DNA of 64,000 bases from Octopus bimaculoides (taxonomy: Eukaryota), in NCBI RefSeq assembly GCF_001194135.2, contig NC_068989.1:44227373-44291372 (forward strand), given 5' to 3'. Positions 24,076 to 37,859 of the stretch are shown piece by piece. The translations under genes and the position numbers were made by a program. Below the pieces are notes generated by a model. It saw nothing but the letters and a program-made list of their open reading frames with translations. It was not told the origin of the DNA and did not search any database. Numbering within the stretch: position 1 is the stretch's first letter; each line of letters opens with the position of its first letter.

Positions 24076-26184
24076 AAACTGAACATCTTGATTGAAACCA
24101 ATTGCTCAAGCAACTAAACAGACATTGTTGTAATACTGCCCCAAAATGATGGAAGTTGTTCTTTATCTGATATCTGTCCCATCAGTCTATGTCATCATTT
24201 TTTTTCCAAATGCTTGATTTTTTTTTTTTGGTTTTTTGTTTATTATATTAATAGAACTGAAAGCAATTACGGTATTTCATCATAGATACTAGAAAATATT
24301 AGAATGTGTTCCAAGATTTAATATTTCTAGAAAATGGTAAGGCAGANNNNNNNNNNNNNNNNNNNNNNNNNNNNNNNNNNNNNNNNNNNNNNNNNNNNNN
24401 NNNNNNNNNNNNNNNNNNNNNNNNNNNNNNNNNNNNNNNNNNNNNNNNNNNNNNNNNNNNNNNNNNNNNNNNNNNNNNNNNNNNNNNNNNNNNNNNNNNN
24501 NNNNNNNNNNNNNNNNNNNNNNNNNNNNNNNNNNNNNNNNNNNNNNNNNNNNNNNNNNNNNNNNNNNNNNNNNNNNNNNNNNNNNNNNNNNNNNNNNNNN
24601 NNNNNNNNNNNNNNNNNNNNNNNNNNNNNNNNNNNNNNNNNNNNNNNNNNNNNNNNNNNNNNNNNNNNNNNNNNNNNNNNNNNNNNNNNNNNNNNNNNNN
24701 NNNNNNNNNNNNNNNNNNNNNNNNNNNNNNNNNNNNNNNNNNNNNNNNNNNNNNNNNNNNNNNNNNNNNNNNNNNNNNNNNNNNNNNNNNNNNNNNNNNN
24801 NNNNNNNNNNNNNNNNNNNNNNNNNNNNNNNNNNNNNNNNNNNNNNNNNNNNNNNNNNNNNNNNNNNNNNNNNNNNNNNNNNNNNNNNNNNNNNNNNNNN
24901 NNNNNNNNNNNNNNNNNNNNNNNNNNNNNNNNNNNNNNNNNNNNNNNNNNNNNNNNNNNNNNNNNNNNNNNNNNNNNNNNNNNNNNNNNNNNNNNNNNNN
25001 NNNNNNNNNNNNNNNNNNNNNNNNNNNNNNNNNNNNNNNNNNNNNNNNNNNNNNNNNNNNNNNNNNNNNNNNNNNNNNNNNNNNNNNNNNNNNNNNNNNN
25101 NNNNNNNNNNNNNNNNNNNNNNNNNNNNNNNNNNNNNNNNNNNNNNNNNNNNNNNNNNNNNNNNNNNNNNNNNNNNNNNNNNNNNNNNNNNNNNNNNNNN
25201 NNNNNNNNNNNNNNNNNNNNNNNNNNNNNNNNNNNNNNNNNNNNNNNNNNNNNNNNNNNNNNNNNNNNNNNNNNNNNNNNNNNNNNNNNNNNNNNNNNNN
25301 NNNNNNNNNNNNNNNNNNNNNNNNNNNNNNNNNNNNNNNNNNNNAGTCAGGCGGTACTGGCAACGGCCACGCTCAAAATGGTGCATCTCATGTGCCACCC
25401 GCACAAGAAACAGTCCAGGGGCACTGGCAACGATCTTACTTGGCTTGCCGGGTCTTCTCACGCACAGCCCATTTCCAAAGGTCTCGGTCCGTAGTCATCG
25501 CCTCGGTGAGGCCCAATGTACGAAGGTCTTGCCTCACCACCTCAGCCCAGGTCTTCTGGGCACATACACATACATACACACATCATCATTGTCATCATTT
25601 GATGTTCGCTCTCCATGCTGGCATGGATTTACCGTACCTAAAGTAGATTTTTTTTTTTTAAATAATGTTATTCAGTTTCTTAGTTTCAGTAGCACTAGAA
25701 AGTTAGTAGAAATAAATGGTATAGTATTTTTTCTATAATGCCCTTTATTCCAAATTTTTTGTTTTTTCCCTCTATATTCTAGGTTCAAATCCAGTCATGG
25801 TCAACTTTACCTTTCATACCTTTTCAAGTTAAGTCATTACGATGAATACTAATGCAAGGAGCTCGGTGGAATTAAAATGAAATATTTCAATAAAATTTAG
25901 AAATAATGAAGAATATAGTAAAATAAACGCACCATTATTAAAGCTGATGTCAAGGCAGCAAGCTAAGCGGAATTGTTTGCATACTGGGTGAAGTGGTTAG
26001 CAGCATTTCATCTGTCTTTACATTCTGAGTTCAAATTCCACTGAGTTCCACTTTACCTTTCATCTTTTCAGGGTTGATAAAATAAATACTAGTTCAGCAC
26101 TGGGGTCAATGTAATCGACTTACTCCCGCTCCTGAAATTGCTGGCCTTGTGCCAAACTTTGAACCTATTATTATTATTATCATT

Positions 26185-26410
26185 ATTAAGGTGGTGAGTT
26201 GGCAGAATTGTTACTGCACCAGGGAAAAGGCTTAGCGGCATTTCATCCATCTTTATGTTCTAAGTTCAAATTCCACCAAGGTCAGCTTTGTTTTTCATCC
26301 TTTTGGGATCAATAAAATAAGTACCAGTTGAACAGTAGGGTTGAGGCAATCGATTTAACCCTCTTCTCTGAAATTCCTAGACTTGTACCAAAATTTGAAA
26401 CCATTATTAA
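26185..26410 (+). mobile_element. High-copy tRNA-derived SINE family (GGCAGAAT..GAGTTCAAAT.. type; representative copy)
   Basis: A-box/B-box-like head (GGTGAGTTGGCAGAAT; GAGTTCAAATTCC) and body ACTTTGCCTTTCATCC..GATAAAATAAGTACCAGT. Other copies at ~25950 (tandem), 34260(-), 42520, 46680(-), 47900(-), 55440(-), 61010 and 61250. Confidence 0.8.
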
Positions 26411-26735
26411 AGTTGATGTTTGGAATGTAAATTAACATGAAATTTTAATGGGGTATTTTATTTTAGATCCCTTTGAAACATTAAGTCTGAAGTACATAAC
26501 CAGAAGAGGGCATTAGGAATATTGGTATCAAAAGGGTCAAATAAATGGCTGTGTTAACCTCTAAGAAAAGAATTGCTTTCTTAGTTTCTGTCTTAAAATG
26601 TTTAGTTTGAAAAATTAAAAGTTACAATATTAAAGTAAATAAATATGGTATAGACCAAATTTTTAATTTTGTAACATTTACTTCTTAATAATTTTCTACT
26701 ATTATGTTATTTTTATTACATTTTTATTATTTTTG

Positions 26736-26835
26736 ATTGACAGAAAGTTATGAAAGTGACCAAGAACTGAGGGCTTTGTGCATGGCACATATCAAACTTT
26801 TGGCTCTTGAGTCACTTTTCTAACTTTCTGTCAAT
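26736..26835. repeat. 100-bp stem-loop (30/31-bp imperfect inverted arms, 39-nt loop)
   Basis: ATTGACAGAAAGTTATGAAAGTGACCAAGA versus the reverse complement of TCTTGAGTCACTTTTCTAACTTTCTGTCAAT: 2 mismatches and 1 indel. Confidence 0.75.
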
Positions 26836-27055
26836 ATAATAATAATAATGATAATAATAATATATATATATATATATATATGGTAACATACAGAAAACAG
26901 GTATGATATTCAGTGCTTTGTAGAACATACATGGGTTTCAGCAAAATGTTATAATAATTATATCAGACTTTTAGAAACATTACATAAGCTAGCAATGTGT
27001 TCTGCTTCATGGCACCTTTGTTCAATATACATATATGTATACATATATGTATATA

Positions 27056-27102
<47 letters not shown>

Positions 27103-27145
27103 NNNNNNNNNNTATATATATATATATATATATATACACACGCAC

Positions 27146-27183
<38 letters not shown>

Positions 27184-30024
27184 GTATGTATATGTATATA
27201 CTCATGTATGGAATATATTTCTTTACTCTGATTTTTTTGCTTGAATAGAGTTAGTTCCCTTTGAAATTTATCTTCTGGTCGATAGCGTCTTTAGATCTCG
27301 TGTGTTTGTTATTTTCCCACATTATAAACATTTCATATATTTTGTTTCATTTCTTTCTTTGTGTGTATCCTCGATTACGAAATTGTTCCTTGACGCTGCT
27401 TCCTTTTTCTCTCACAGATGTTTGAGCCACTTTATTCATCATCAACTCTAAAATCTATATAACAATCAGTCCATTCAACTCTACCTTTTTCTCACAAAAC
27501 ATCTGCTATCTCACTTGATATTTGAAGAAAACTAAATCAGTTGTGTCTTGTAATATAGTTTATAAAGTATTACTCTAATTTTATCCAGGTAAATCTCTTC
27601 AAACTGCATTAATGAGCGCATGTTGCATATAAACACACATTTACACATTCAGGTGCAGGCATGTTTATGTGCTTGAGAAGTAAACTTCTCGACTGTGTCA
27701 GTTCAGTCCAACTGTGCGACACCTTTAGCATGTGTTTTCTGCTACAGCCCCAGATTGACTTATGCCTCGTGAGGGGATTTGGTAGATAGAAGCTAGAAGG
27801 AATCTGGCATATATACGGGGTGAGCCAAAAGTTACTCATCAAAACATTTGACATATCATTATTTTATTCAATTTTAGAGAAGTTGAAGAATGTCTGTGAC
27901 AATTCTGGAGTATATTGAACTTATTTTGTGTGTGACTTTTGCCACCTTGTGTGTGTGTGTGTATATATGTAATGTAACTACACGTGTTGTTGGTGATTTC
28001 TTTGGATTTTTTTTCTTTCTCCTTTCTGATGAAGAGCTATACTCAAAATATCCAAAACTCTCTCTTTTTACTGAGCATCAAACTAATACATTTCTTGTAC
28101 ACATCCTCTTGTTGTTTGTTAATGCTAATTTTATTGTTCGTTTATTTGAACTAGAGGGGTTACACTCGGGAGCTGAAGTTCTGTTGAGCTAATGCTGAGT
28201 TTTTCATGTCTTGCAAGAAGAAGGACCTTTTTTATTCTGGAGCCACTACAACAGACAGTAAATGACAGTAAATGTGAGTTAACTTGATAACAAATACTTC
28301 TGGAAAAGAGCCAAACCTGTCAATGTTATTTTCATAGGTCCATCTAGGTGACACCAAAGGGCTGCATTTAGATAGACCCATCTTAAATGATGCCAACAGG
28401 CTGTGGTCAACTGTAGAATCCATTGCATGTGTTGTCCACCTGGATGACATGCACTCATCTAGATAATACTTGGTTCATGTATTCAACTGGGTGACCACAC
28501 TAGTCTAGCTGCATTCACCTGGAGGTTATGACACAGGCTAGTCATATCTTTCTTGGGGACATCAGCTCAATATATTCATTTTGGGGACATCTGCAACATG
28601 TACTCCATTTTTGGTGGGGTGCTAAAGCAGAAAACTCTGTTCAATGAAAATACCAATGTACATACATATGGAACATGTGACATCACTCTAATCAATAAAA
28701 ACAGAAAATAAATAAAAAATTAAAATGCCTTATTTATTTTCAATTAACAGAAGAATTTCTATTCTTGGAAATTTTTAGAAATTCTTCAAAAATTTCTGAC
28801 TCTTTTCTGTTTTTTTTTTTGTTCTCAAGTACTGAAGAATATGTCCTGCCTTTTACAAAATCTGTTTTTACTGTTTTACCATCCTCCTGTTGGGTTTGAA
28901 CCCAGGAATGGTCCTCAAGGAATTACATTTTCATGCTGTTTTCTTTTGTTTTCATTTTATATTATTTTCTTTTGATCAGTCTTACCACTTTAAGAATCAC
29001 CAGGCCTTTGTAACTCTCTCTCTCTCCTTCTCTCCCTCTCCTACACTTTTGCTCTCTCTCTCTACCCCTCTATCTCCTACTCCTCTCTCTACCACTTCAA
29101 CAAACTTTTTAACCATGTAATTTCCCTATTTTTCTCTCTTTCTTTTCCTCACCTCTCACTTCCACTAACCATGTGACCACATAGTCAGTGGGAGTGGCTA
29201 TCTGCTCTCTCACTCACTCTCCCACCCCTCTCCCACTCACTCCTACCACCTCCTTCTCTCTTGTAAACTAACAAACAAGCAGAATTATAATATGGATATT
29301 TTAATTATTGTGTTGTTCTTTATAAATGGAAGTCACATTCAGACTGTGCTGTTTGTTTCCAGTTTTTTTGTGTAGGATGTTTGTTGTTTGGTAGACTAGA
29401 AGATCATTACCTTGCTTGGAAACAAGTGAACATTGGTAGCCAGCTTTAGAACATCCTGCTTCAATGTAATCCTGTCTGATCCATACAAGCATGGAAAAGT
29501 AGACGTTAAAAATGATGATGGTGATGATGATGAGGATGATGTTGCTTGCTATTGTTGTTGTTGTTGGCGGCAGTGGTGGTGGTGGTGGTGACGGTGACAA
29601 CTATGACTGATTACTATGAAATTTCACTGTTAAAATTGGCTTCTCAAAATTAGTGTTACCAGCTGCAGTGGTGAGACTTAAAAGTAAGCAGTCAATGTTG
29701 AATATGTGTGTGTGTGTGCATGCGTGCACATGTGTGTGTTTATGTGTGTCTGTGTGAGTGTGTTTATAGTATACTTACATGATAAACTCCACACTTGCAG
29801 TCATACATCTAACTACACAATATGAAATACCATATATATATAATGTGTGTGTGTGTGTGTGTGTGTGTGATTCATTTGGTTGGAAAGAAAAGATTTTGGG
29901 GTAATTGGTTCCAATTTGGCAATGGCAGCTATAAATCTGATTTATTCCAATGTTGATAAAGTTGGAAAGCAGTTCAATAACTAAAAATAATTATAATGAT
30001 AATAAGGATTTCTTTTATTATACT

Positions 30025-30055
<31 letters not shown>

Positions 30056-30370
30056 TTAATAATAACAAATATCATCATGATTGTGAAAATGTTTTTAATC
30101 CATTTTTGAATTCCTATTATCTTTTATTTTGTTTATATATTTTATTTTTGATAAAAATTACCAGAAATTTGATAAATTGTGAAATGTCTTAACAATGAAA
30201 TATTTGGGTTTGCTTTTTATCTTTTTTTTATGTTCCCTGTATTCTTCTATTCTTATTCTGATATGACCTACCCATAATCTATTTCTTAATGTCATAGATA
30301 GCATGGTTTTAAAATCAGCCGAAACATTGGTTTGTGTATTCCTACAGACTATTTTGTTGTTTATGAAATA

Positions 30371-30401
<31 letters not shown>

Positions 30402-31475
30402 TTTTCTACAACTTTCCTGCCATCATTCTGTATTATTGCTTCTGCTAATGCATAAACATTGCAACATTTTATTTCAGCCTCCCAATAAATTTGAGGCCTT
30501 GTGCACATGCACGAGACAAATATTTTTATCATGAGGGCATTGCTAAAAAGATTTTGGGAAAGGTATGAACATTACAAACAAACAGATAAGTGAATAGACG
30601 AATAAATGATTCTTGAGATCAACTGTATTGATAAATATTTTTCTGGTCTGTATATTTTCTAAGAAAATTTCTTTAAAATAGNNNNNNNNNNNNNNNNNNN
30701 NNNNNNNNNNNNNNNNNNNNNNNNNNNNNNNNNNNNNNNNNNNNNNNNNNNNNNNNNNNNNNNNNNNNNNNNNNNNNNNNNNNNNNNNNNNNNNNNNNNN
30801 NNNNNNNNNNNNNNNNNNNNNNNNNNNNNNNNNNNNNNNNNNNNNNNNNNNNNNNNNNNNNNNNNNNNNNNNNNNNNNNNNNNNNNNNNNNNNNNNNNNN
30901 NNNNNNNNNNNNNNNNNNNNNNNNNNNNNNNNAATTTAAAATAATCAATGGAAATCATTTTATTGACAGATATTTTTTTAATAGGTTAATCAATGAAGAA
31001 GCCTGTGACCCCTGCAGTCATGTCAAACTGCTGAGATTTAATACAGCTGGTGTTCAACCTCTGTGGGCCATTTTACGCATTATAAAATCACAAAAATACA
31101 AACAAAAGACCCTAGGCAAATAGGAAGTTCCAGAGGAGTGTAATTCTTGAGAGGAAGGACTGGTAGTGGGGAAGTCAAATGAGACAAAGTTGGGGTGATA
31201 AAAGGAGGAGGGACTTGTGTGTAAGATGGGCCTGAGTTCAGAAAAAGAAAGTATCTACTTACTTAGTTCAAAAGGGCAAAAGCCATTGTTGTAGTTGTAC
31301 AAAATGCAGGAGTGGAGAGGACACATGATGGCACCTCTTGCCATGAACACTGTCCATGGAAGGAAGATTTAGTACATACATATATCCACACAAACACCAT
31401 ACATACATGTAGAATTGTATGTATGTGTATATATATATATATGTATATATATATTCACACATATACACACACATG

Positions 31476-31538
<63 letters not shown>

Positions 31539-32257
31539 TCTATCGGTTATGACAACGAGGGTTCCAGTTGATCCGATCAACGGAACAGCCTGGTTGTGAA
31601 ATTAACATGCAAGTGGCTGAGCACTCCACAGACACATGTACCCCGAACGTCATTCTCCGGAAGATTCAGCTTGACACGGAACGTGACAAAGCTGGTCCTT
31701 TGAAATACAGGTACTACTTACTCATTTTTGCCAGCTGAGTGGACTGGAGCAACGTAAAATAAAGTGTCTTGCTCAAGGACACAACACAGGTCACCAGGAA
31801 TTGAACTCATGACCTTACGATCACGAGCCAAATACTCTAACCACTAAGCTACACACCTTCACACACACACACACACACACACATATAGGCACAAAAGCAT
31901 GGCTATATGGTTTCAGGTTCAGTCCCATTGCATGCCACTTTAAGCATGTGTCTTCTATTTATAGCCTTTTTGAGTGTATCCGGAAAACCAGAGCTGACAG
32001 AAGCCTGTCGTGTGTGTGTGTTCACATCTACTTATCTTGACATCACACGCAGATTGTAAAAGAAGTCATTACCGATGCAAAAGAAGTGCCATTTGCTTGC
32101 AGTCTTCTGTGGAAAAGATGTCCAGGTTAAGGGAAATATTGCTTTTGCTTGAAAATAGGTGAAGATCAGCATCAGGAAATGCATTTGGCCATAGAAAATC
32201 TGCCTCAACAAACTTATTCTGACCCATGCAGGCATAGTAAAGTGGATGTTAAAACAG

Positions 32258-32295
<38 letters not shown>

Positions 32296-33449
32296 CAAAC
32301 ACATATATATACACACACACTATACATTTGTGTATATATATGTATATATGTGTGTGTATGTATGTATATGTGTGTGTGTGTGTGTATATAATGTGTTTAA
32401 CAAAATGACAGTAGTTATATCACATATATGATATATTGGTTGTGGTAGTAGTAGTAGTGGTTGCTGATAGTTGCAATGATAGTGAATGTTTAATAGATTA
32501 GTAAAATTATATATTGTGTCTAATCATGTAGCTTTCTTTACAAGAACTGTTGATAGAAATGTTCCATGAGAGATTAAGTCATTGGAACACAGCGGAAGAC
32601 ATCATCTTCCCCTATTGATTCTCAAGAACAAGACCTATTGTAATATATAAACTGTTAAATGTTAGAAGTTGTCATCTCAGAGCAAAATATTACTATCCTA
32701 TATTTTCTGTTAAAGTTTTTAATATTTTGAGATTTATTTTCTTTCTAACCTCTCCAATTTCTGTCTTTTCTTCTCTTTGCCTCCCCACCTTCTCCTGCTC
32801 TTTTTCCCTTTGTCTCTCTTTTCCTTCTCTCTCTTTTCTTTTCTTTGATTTTAAATCTAACAACCTTCATTGGCAACTAAAGTTCGTGCCTAGAATTTGC
32901 AAAGTATATTTCAAATAATTATGAAAATGAAATTATTTTTCTGATGTTTTATATATTTCAATGTTGAATACATTTAGTTTTATTGGAATCATTTTTTTCC
33001 CCCTAATTTGATCTTTTTAATTTAAGAATTTACAATGATGAAAAAAAGATTATTTTAATACATATTTCATTCTGGAATAAAATATTACATTTAGTGTTAG
33101 TAATTGTTGTTCTTTCTTATTTGCTAGCCGTTTGGTTAGCAGGAACCACTGTACGAAATATCATTAATTTTGACTTCTAATTTTTCTTTTTTTTTAACCA
33201 CATTGCAGTACTTTGTAATAATGAAGTTTTTGGTATTCTTTCACTGTGAAATTAAATTTCAGGTTATTTCAGCAACAATGTTGAATATCTACCAAAGAGT
33301 AGAATTGATATTTTTGCTAATTATGTTGCCACAATAAACTTGACATCTCTCAACAGAAAATAATTTCAAACATGACAAAAGATAAATTGGTATATAAAAT
33401 TGCATTCTGCAGTTAGAGGTAATGAAATTTTAAGTAGCTATATGTGGGA

Positions 33450-34057
33450 TACTAAACTCCGCTTGCGAAGACCTATTGAGGCAAGTGAAATCAAAATCGA
33501 ACTAAATTCGACGACTGGCACCCATGCCAACGTCTCCTTCATTGGACACTAAACTCGGCTTGCGAAGACCTGTTGGGGCAAGTGAAAGCAAAATTGTGAT
33601 GGCACTTGTACCAGTGGAACGCTAAGAGCACTGTATGAGAGTGATCATTGCCAGAGTCAGCTGTCTGGCTTTTGCGCCAGTAGCACGTACATAACACCAT
33701 TTGAGCGTAATCGTTACCAGCGCCGCCTTCCTGGCACTTGTGCCAGATGGCACATGAAAAGACATTCAAGCGAGATCGTTGCCAGTGCCGCCGGACTGGC
33801 TCCTGTGCAGGTGGCCCATAGAATACACCATTTTGAGTGTGGCCGTTGCCAGTGCCACCTGACCGGCCTTTGTGCCGGTGGCACGTAAAAGCACCCACTA
33901 CACTCTCGGAGTGGTTGTCGTTAGGAAGGGCATCCAGCTGTAAAAACTCTGCCAAATCAGATTGGAGCCTGGCATAGCCATCTGGTTCACCAGTCCTCAG
34001 TCAAATCGTCCAACCCATGCTAGCATGGAAAGCAGACATTAAACAATGATGATGATG
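33450..34057 (+). mobile_element. Long form of the (GAT)n-tailed element (LINE-like 3' UTR) with internal direct repeats
   Basis: The ~40-nt repeat ACTAAACTC(C/G)GCTTGCGAAGACCT(A/G)TTG(A/G)GGCAAGTGAAA occurs at ~33451 and ~33548. Ends in the same tail as the 23408 family. Related pieces at ~25345-25540 and ~56040-56430(-). Confidence 0.7.
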
Positions 34058-35975
34058 TACTTACTACAGCAAAATGGTTAATAGAACAAAATTACTTTTA
34101 AGAGTTTCTTAATAATATTCTGACGAACATTTTTTAATAAATATATATACTTTTCCTCTTTACTACATCCCCTGAAATGCTATCTCACACCATCCGAGGA
34201 TGGAGGCACCCCAGTTTGGGACTTCCTGACTTAGATGAACTTTTCTAGTAGTTTTATTATTAAAGAAGTTTTCATAGGCACAAGGCTTAAAATTTAGAAG
34301 TGATGATTTGTAGATACCCTTTACTTGACTTCTACTTTATTTTATTGACCTCCAGAAGATGAAAGGCTAAGTTGGTTTGGCTGAGATTTGAACTCAGAAT
34401 GCAAAATACCAAAACAAATACCATGAGGCATTTTTCCAATTCTCTAATGATTCAGCCAGCTGTAATAGGTGGTCACGTTTTCTCCTAAATTTGTTGAAGC
34501 TCTACTATCTTCCATCAGTGTGTGGAAGTGTCACAGTTACAGAAAAAGAGATCAGATGTAATGATTTTATTTCAAAGTAAAATCCAAGATCCTCGGAAAC
34601 TGTTGATAGACTGAGTCAGCAATCTGTTGTAGGAATATTTAACAACTGCAAAACTTGGAAATCGAATACAGATCATTATATCTGATGTGAAAAAACAACG
34701 CAAGAATATGGTTGCAATTGGCTAAAATATTACTGCCATAAAAAAAAATTTGACCATTCAAGACTTCATAGAATTGGATCTAACAACAATTTCATCTTTG
34801 GTGCACTTATTCTGACCCAGACTATATGTTCAGCTCATTTTAGCCACTTACAAGGAGACAGCAGTTAGAAAACAGTAGAACCAGAAGCAAGCCAGGTTCC
34901 TACCATAACAAAACTAAAACAGTGGACAGTGACAGCAACAACACACCTTGACCAGCTAACATCAAGAAACTCATGACCACAACTACTATCATACCTAGTC
35001 CAAGAACAATAAGCTTCTGACTGTCTAGGTGTTTGTTGTTGGAAGTAATGACATTTTTGTTAATGATAAAAATGAATATTTTTAAAAAATTACCCAGCAG
35101 CTTGTTAAGTGGTTGGCGTTACAAAGGGCATCCAGTCATAGAAACTGTGCCACAACAAACAATTGTAGTCTGTACGACTCCATGTCAGACCTTCCAACCT
35201 ATGCTAGAATGGAAAGCAGATGTTAAAGGATGTTGATGATTATGATTTTCAATGTTCTTTATCATAATAAATTCACTGGAAAATTCACTGAAGAGTTTGA
35301 CAAATTCAGTGATCAGGAAGAGTAAATATTAAAACATTTCGGTCTTTGCTTTTCATTTGAGAGTGGCAAATGCGAAGAAGTATTGTTCCTTTGATTACAT
35401 GCTTTTGTATTGGTGTTGTAAGTCTTGGGTTGGACAAAGTGAGAAATTGTTATTAAGAATACAGTAATATAGTTAAAATCCTGAATCTGAAAAAAACTGA
35501 TGATAGCCTCTAGTAACAACAATGAATATGAAACTTGTAATAGTCAGTACTGTCTCAGAGAGGAAGCAAGAGCACGGAATATTAGGTTCTTCACTACTTG
35601 CGATAATTTCACTTTTTTATGAATTATCCTATTTGAATTTCATTGAAGAACGAAACTAGATACATGATTAATACCATAAGTTATCTCCCTTGGAAACCTG
35701 CTCATAAAATTAACTTATTTTATATAGGTGAGATTTCTGCGTTACCTCCCTTGAATTGTTGCTAATCAAAACGAGATGTTTTGTTAATTTTACGAAGGAA
35801 TTATGTATCTAGTTTGGTCAATATACAGATCCTCACCTGTTAACCCCCCCCCCCCAAAAAAAAACAGCCTGCTGGGTGTTAACAACTGTGTAGAAAATGA
35901 ATATGAAAAAAAAATTGCGCAGACAAACCTGGGAGTGGGAGGAGAAGACTTTCGGAAAATTGTTTTATTCTCATA

Positions 35976-36370
35976 CTTGTTTTAGTCATTTGACTGTGGT
36001 CATGCTGGAGCACCGCCTTTAGTCTAGCAAATCGACCCCAGAGCTTATTCTTTGTAAGCCTGGTACTTATTCTATCGGTGTCATTTGCCGAACCGCTAAA
36101 TTATGGTGACGTAAACACACCAACATCGGATGTCAAGCGATCTTGGGGGGACAAAAACAGACGCACAAACATATACACACACATACATACATATATATAT
36201 GTACATATACGACGGGCTTTCAGTTTCCATCTACTAAATCCACTCACAAGGCTTTGGTCGGCCTGAGGCTAAAGGAGAAGACACTTGCCCAAGGTGCCAC
36301 GCAGTGGAACTGAACCCAGAATCATATGATTGGTAAGCAAGCTACTTACCACATAGCCACTCCTGCGCCT
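35976..36370 (-). mobile_element. High-copy tRNA-headed SINE family (GGCGCAGGAGTGGCT.. type; representative copy)
   Basis: Minus-strand head GGCGCAGGAGTGGCT(G/A)TGTGGTAAGTAGCTTGC..GGGTTCAGT(C/T)CCACTGCGTGGCACCTTGGGCAAG, with an internal (TG)n/(TA)n. Copies at ~11375, 14570, 22965, 23600(+), 27650(+), 31880(+), 42950, 50930(+), 54380(+) and 54645. Confidence 0.85.
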
Positions 36371-37859
36371 ATATATCGATTATTTTTTGTTACTGAATCC
36401 CATGTATTCGGCTAAGGAGAACCCCATTCTAAAAAAATATTGTTTGTAAAATTTCAATTTTTCAAATATATATATANNNNNNNNNNNNNNNNNNNNNNNN
36501 NNNNNNNNNNNNNNNNNNNNNNNNNNNNNNNNNNNNNNNNNNNNNNNNNNNNNNNNNNNNNNNNNNNNNNNNNNNNNNNNNNNNNNNNNNNNNNNNNNNN
36601 NNNNNNNNNNNNNNNNNNNNNNNNNNNNNNNNNNNNNNNNNNNNNNNNNNNNNNNNNNNNNNNNNNNNNNNNNNNNNNNNNNNNNNNNNNNNNNNNNNNN
36701 NNNNNNNNNNNNNNNNNNNNNNNNNNNNNNNNNNNNNNNNNNNNNNNNNNNNNNNNNNNNNNNNNNNNNNNNNNNNNNNNNNNNNNNNNNNNNATGATTC
36801 TCTCTAATTTCACTTTGTCACACAGTATTTCTTTGCTATTTTTGCTTTTCTTTTTTCAAGACCTTGCTGTTATTTCTGCACTCATATTTTTTGTAACTTT
36901 CAAAACAAAGCAAAAAACATAAAATGAACACTTTAATTTCACATGAATCACTTTGCCATATTATAGTTTGAAATTTCTCCGAAAGAAATCTGTGCAGAAA
37001 GGCGAGTAGATTGATTACATATTTCTTTCATTATGTTATCGCAGTTTTGTGAGATTTGGCTGTTATTTCTAGCATGTGGATAGCCTACTTGAAGGCCAAG
37101 GCCATAGAATTGGGAGGGGATGGTGTTGGTTTTTTGGGGGATTTTTTTGTTGTTCAATATTATATCCATTATCCTGAAAGTTGTGAGGGAAAAATCGGAT
37201 CTTGTGAATTTTCCAAAAGTTTTCTCAATCCCACCCAGGTTCGTTGGCACAAATTTTTTTTCATATTCATTTTCTACTCAGTTGTTACCACCCAGCAGGC
37301 TGATTTTTTTTTGTTTGTTTTCATTACTTTAGTATTATATGAGGATGTTCAGTATTGTGTACCTACTACCAAACACTATTCGTTTTCTCTCTTTCTACCA
37401 TCCATATAACCATCAATTGCAAGATGATGTTATGAGTGGTGTTTGTCGGCTGGTCTGAGATGATGACTGGTTCAGTTGATGAAAGAAAATGTGTTTCTTG
37501 GGGTACATGACAAAAGTACCTGAACGACATCCACAAACATTTAACAGGAGATTTTATTATTGCACATAGAGTTAAACTGTATTGGTCTTTTACAAATAAC
37601 AACAGCAATAATCACATACTGGGAGAGATATACTGCTCGGAGTTTATGGCAAATTTACTGATACAAGCAACACCTGACTGGCCCAACATAACTGGAAACA
37701 ATTGTCCTTCATTCTTGGATAGAATGGAAACCCATCACACGATTGCCTTAACATTCTGCTTGGCTAGTGGTGCGATGTGTAATTAAGGTGCCCCCCACCC
37801 AACCACTTGTAGATTCAAAGAAGTTTTAGTTTGTGAATATGAGAGGGTGGAGGTGGTGA

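Noticed and set aside
29301-30192. Poly-Pro/Thr/Ile and poly-Asn ORFs (also 45372-45641)
   Set aside because: They are trinucleotide microsatellites with no coding signal.
33260-33363. Acceptor followed by GYFSNNVEYLPKSRIDIFANYVATINLTSLNRK*
   Set aside because: No recognisable homology and no phase-compatible upstream exon.
34480-35030. Protein-like, moderately complex sequence
   Set aside because: All frames are interrupted by stops and I could not recognise any motif; probably an old transposon relic.
37089-37173. Minus-strand exon-like segment (acceptor ctttcag, donor GTAGGC; IMDIILNNKKIPQKTNTIPSQFYGLGLQ)
   Set aside because: It abuts a repeat remnant, has a weak donor, lies 10 kb beyond the tim stop and has no partner exons.
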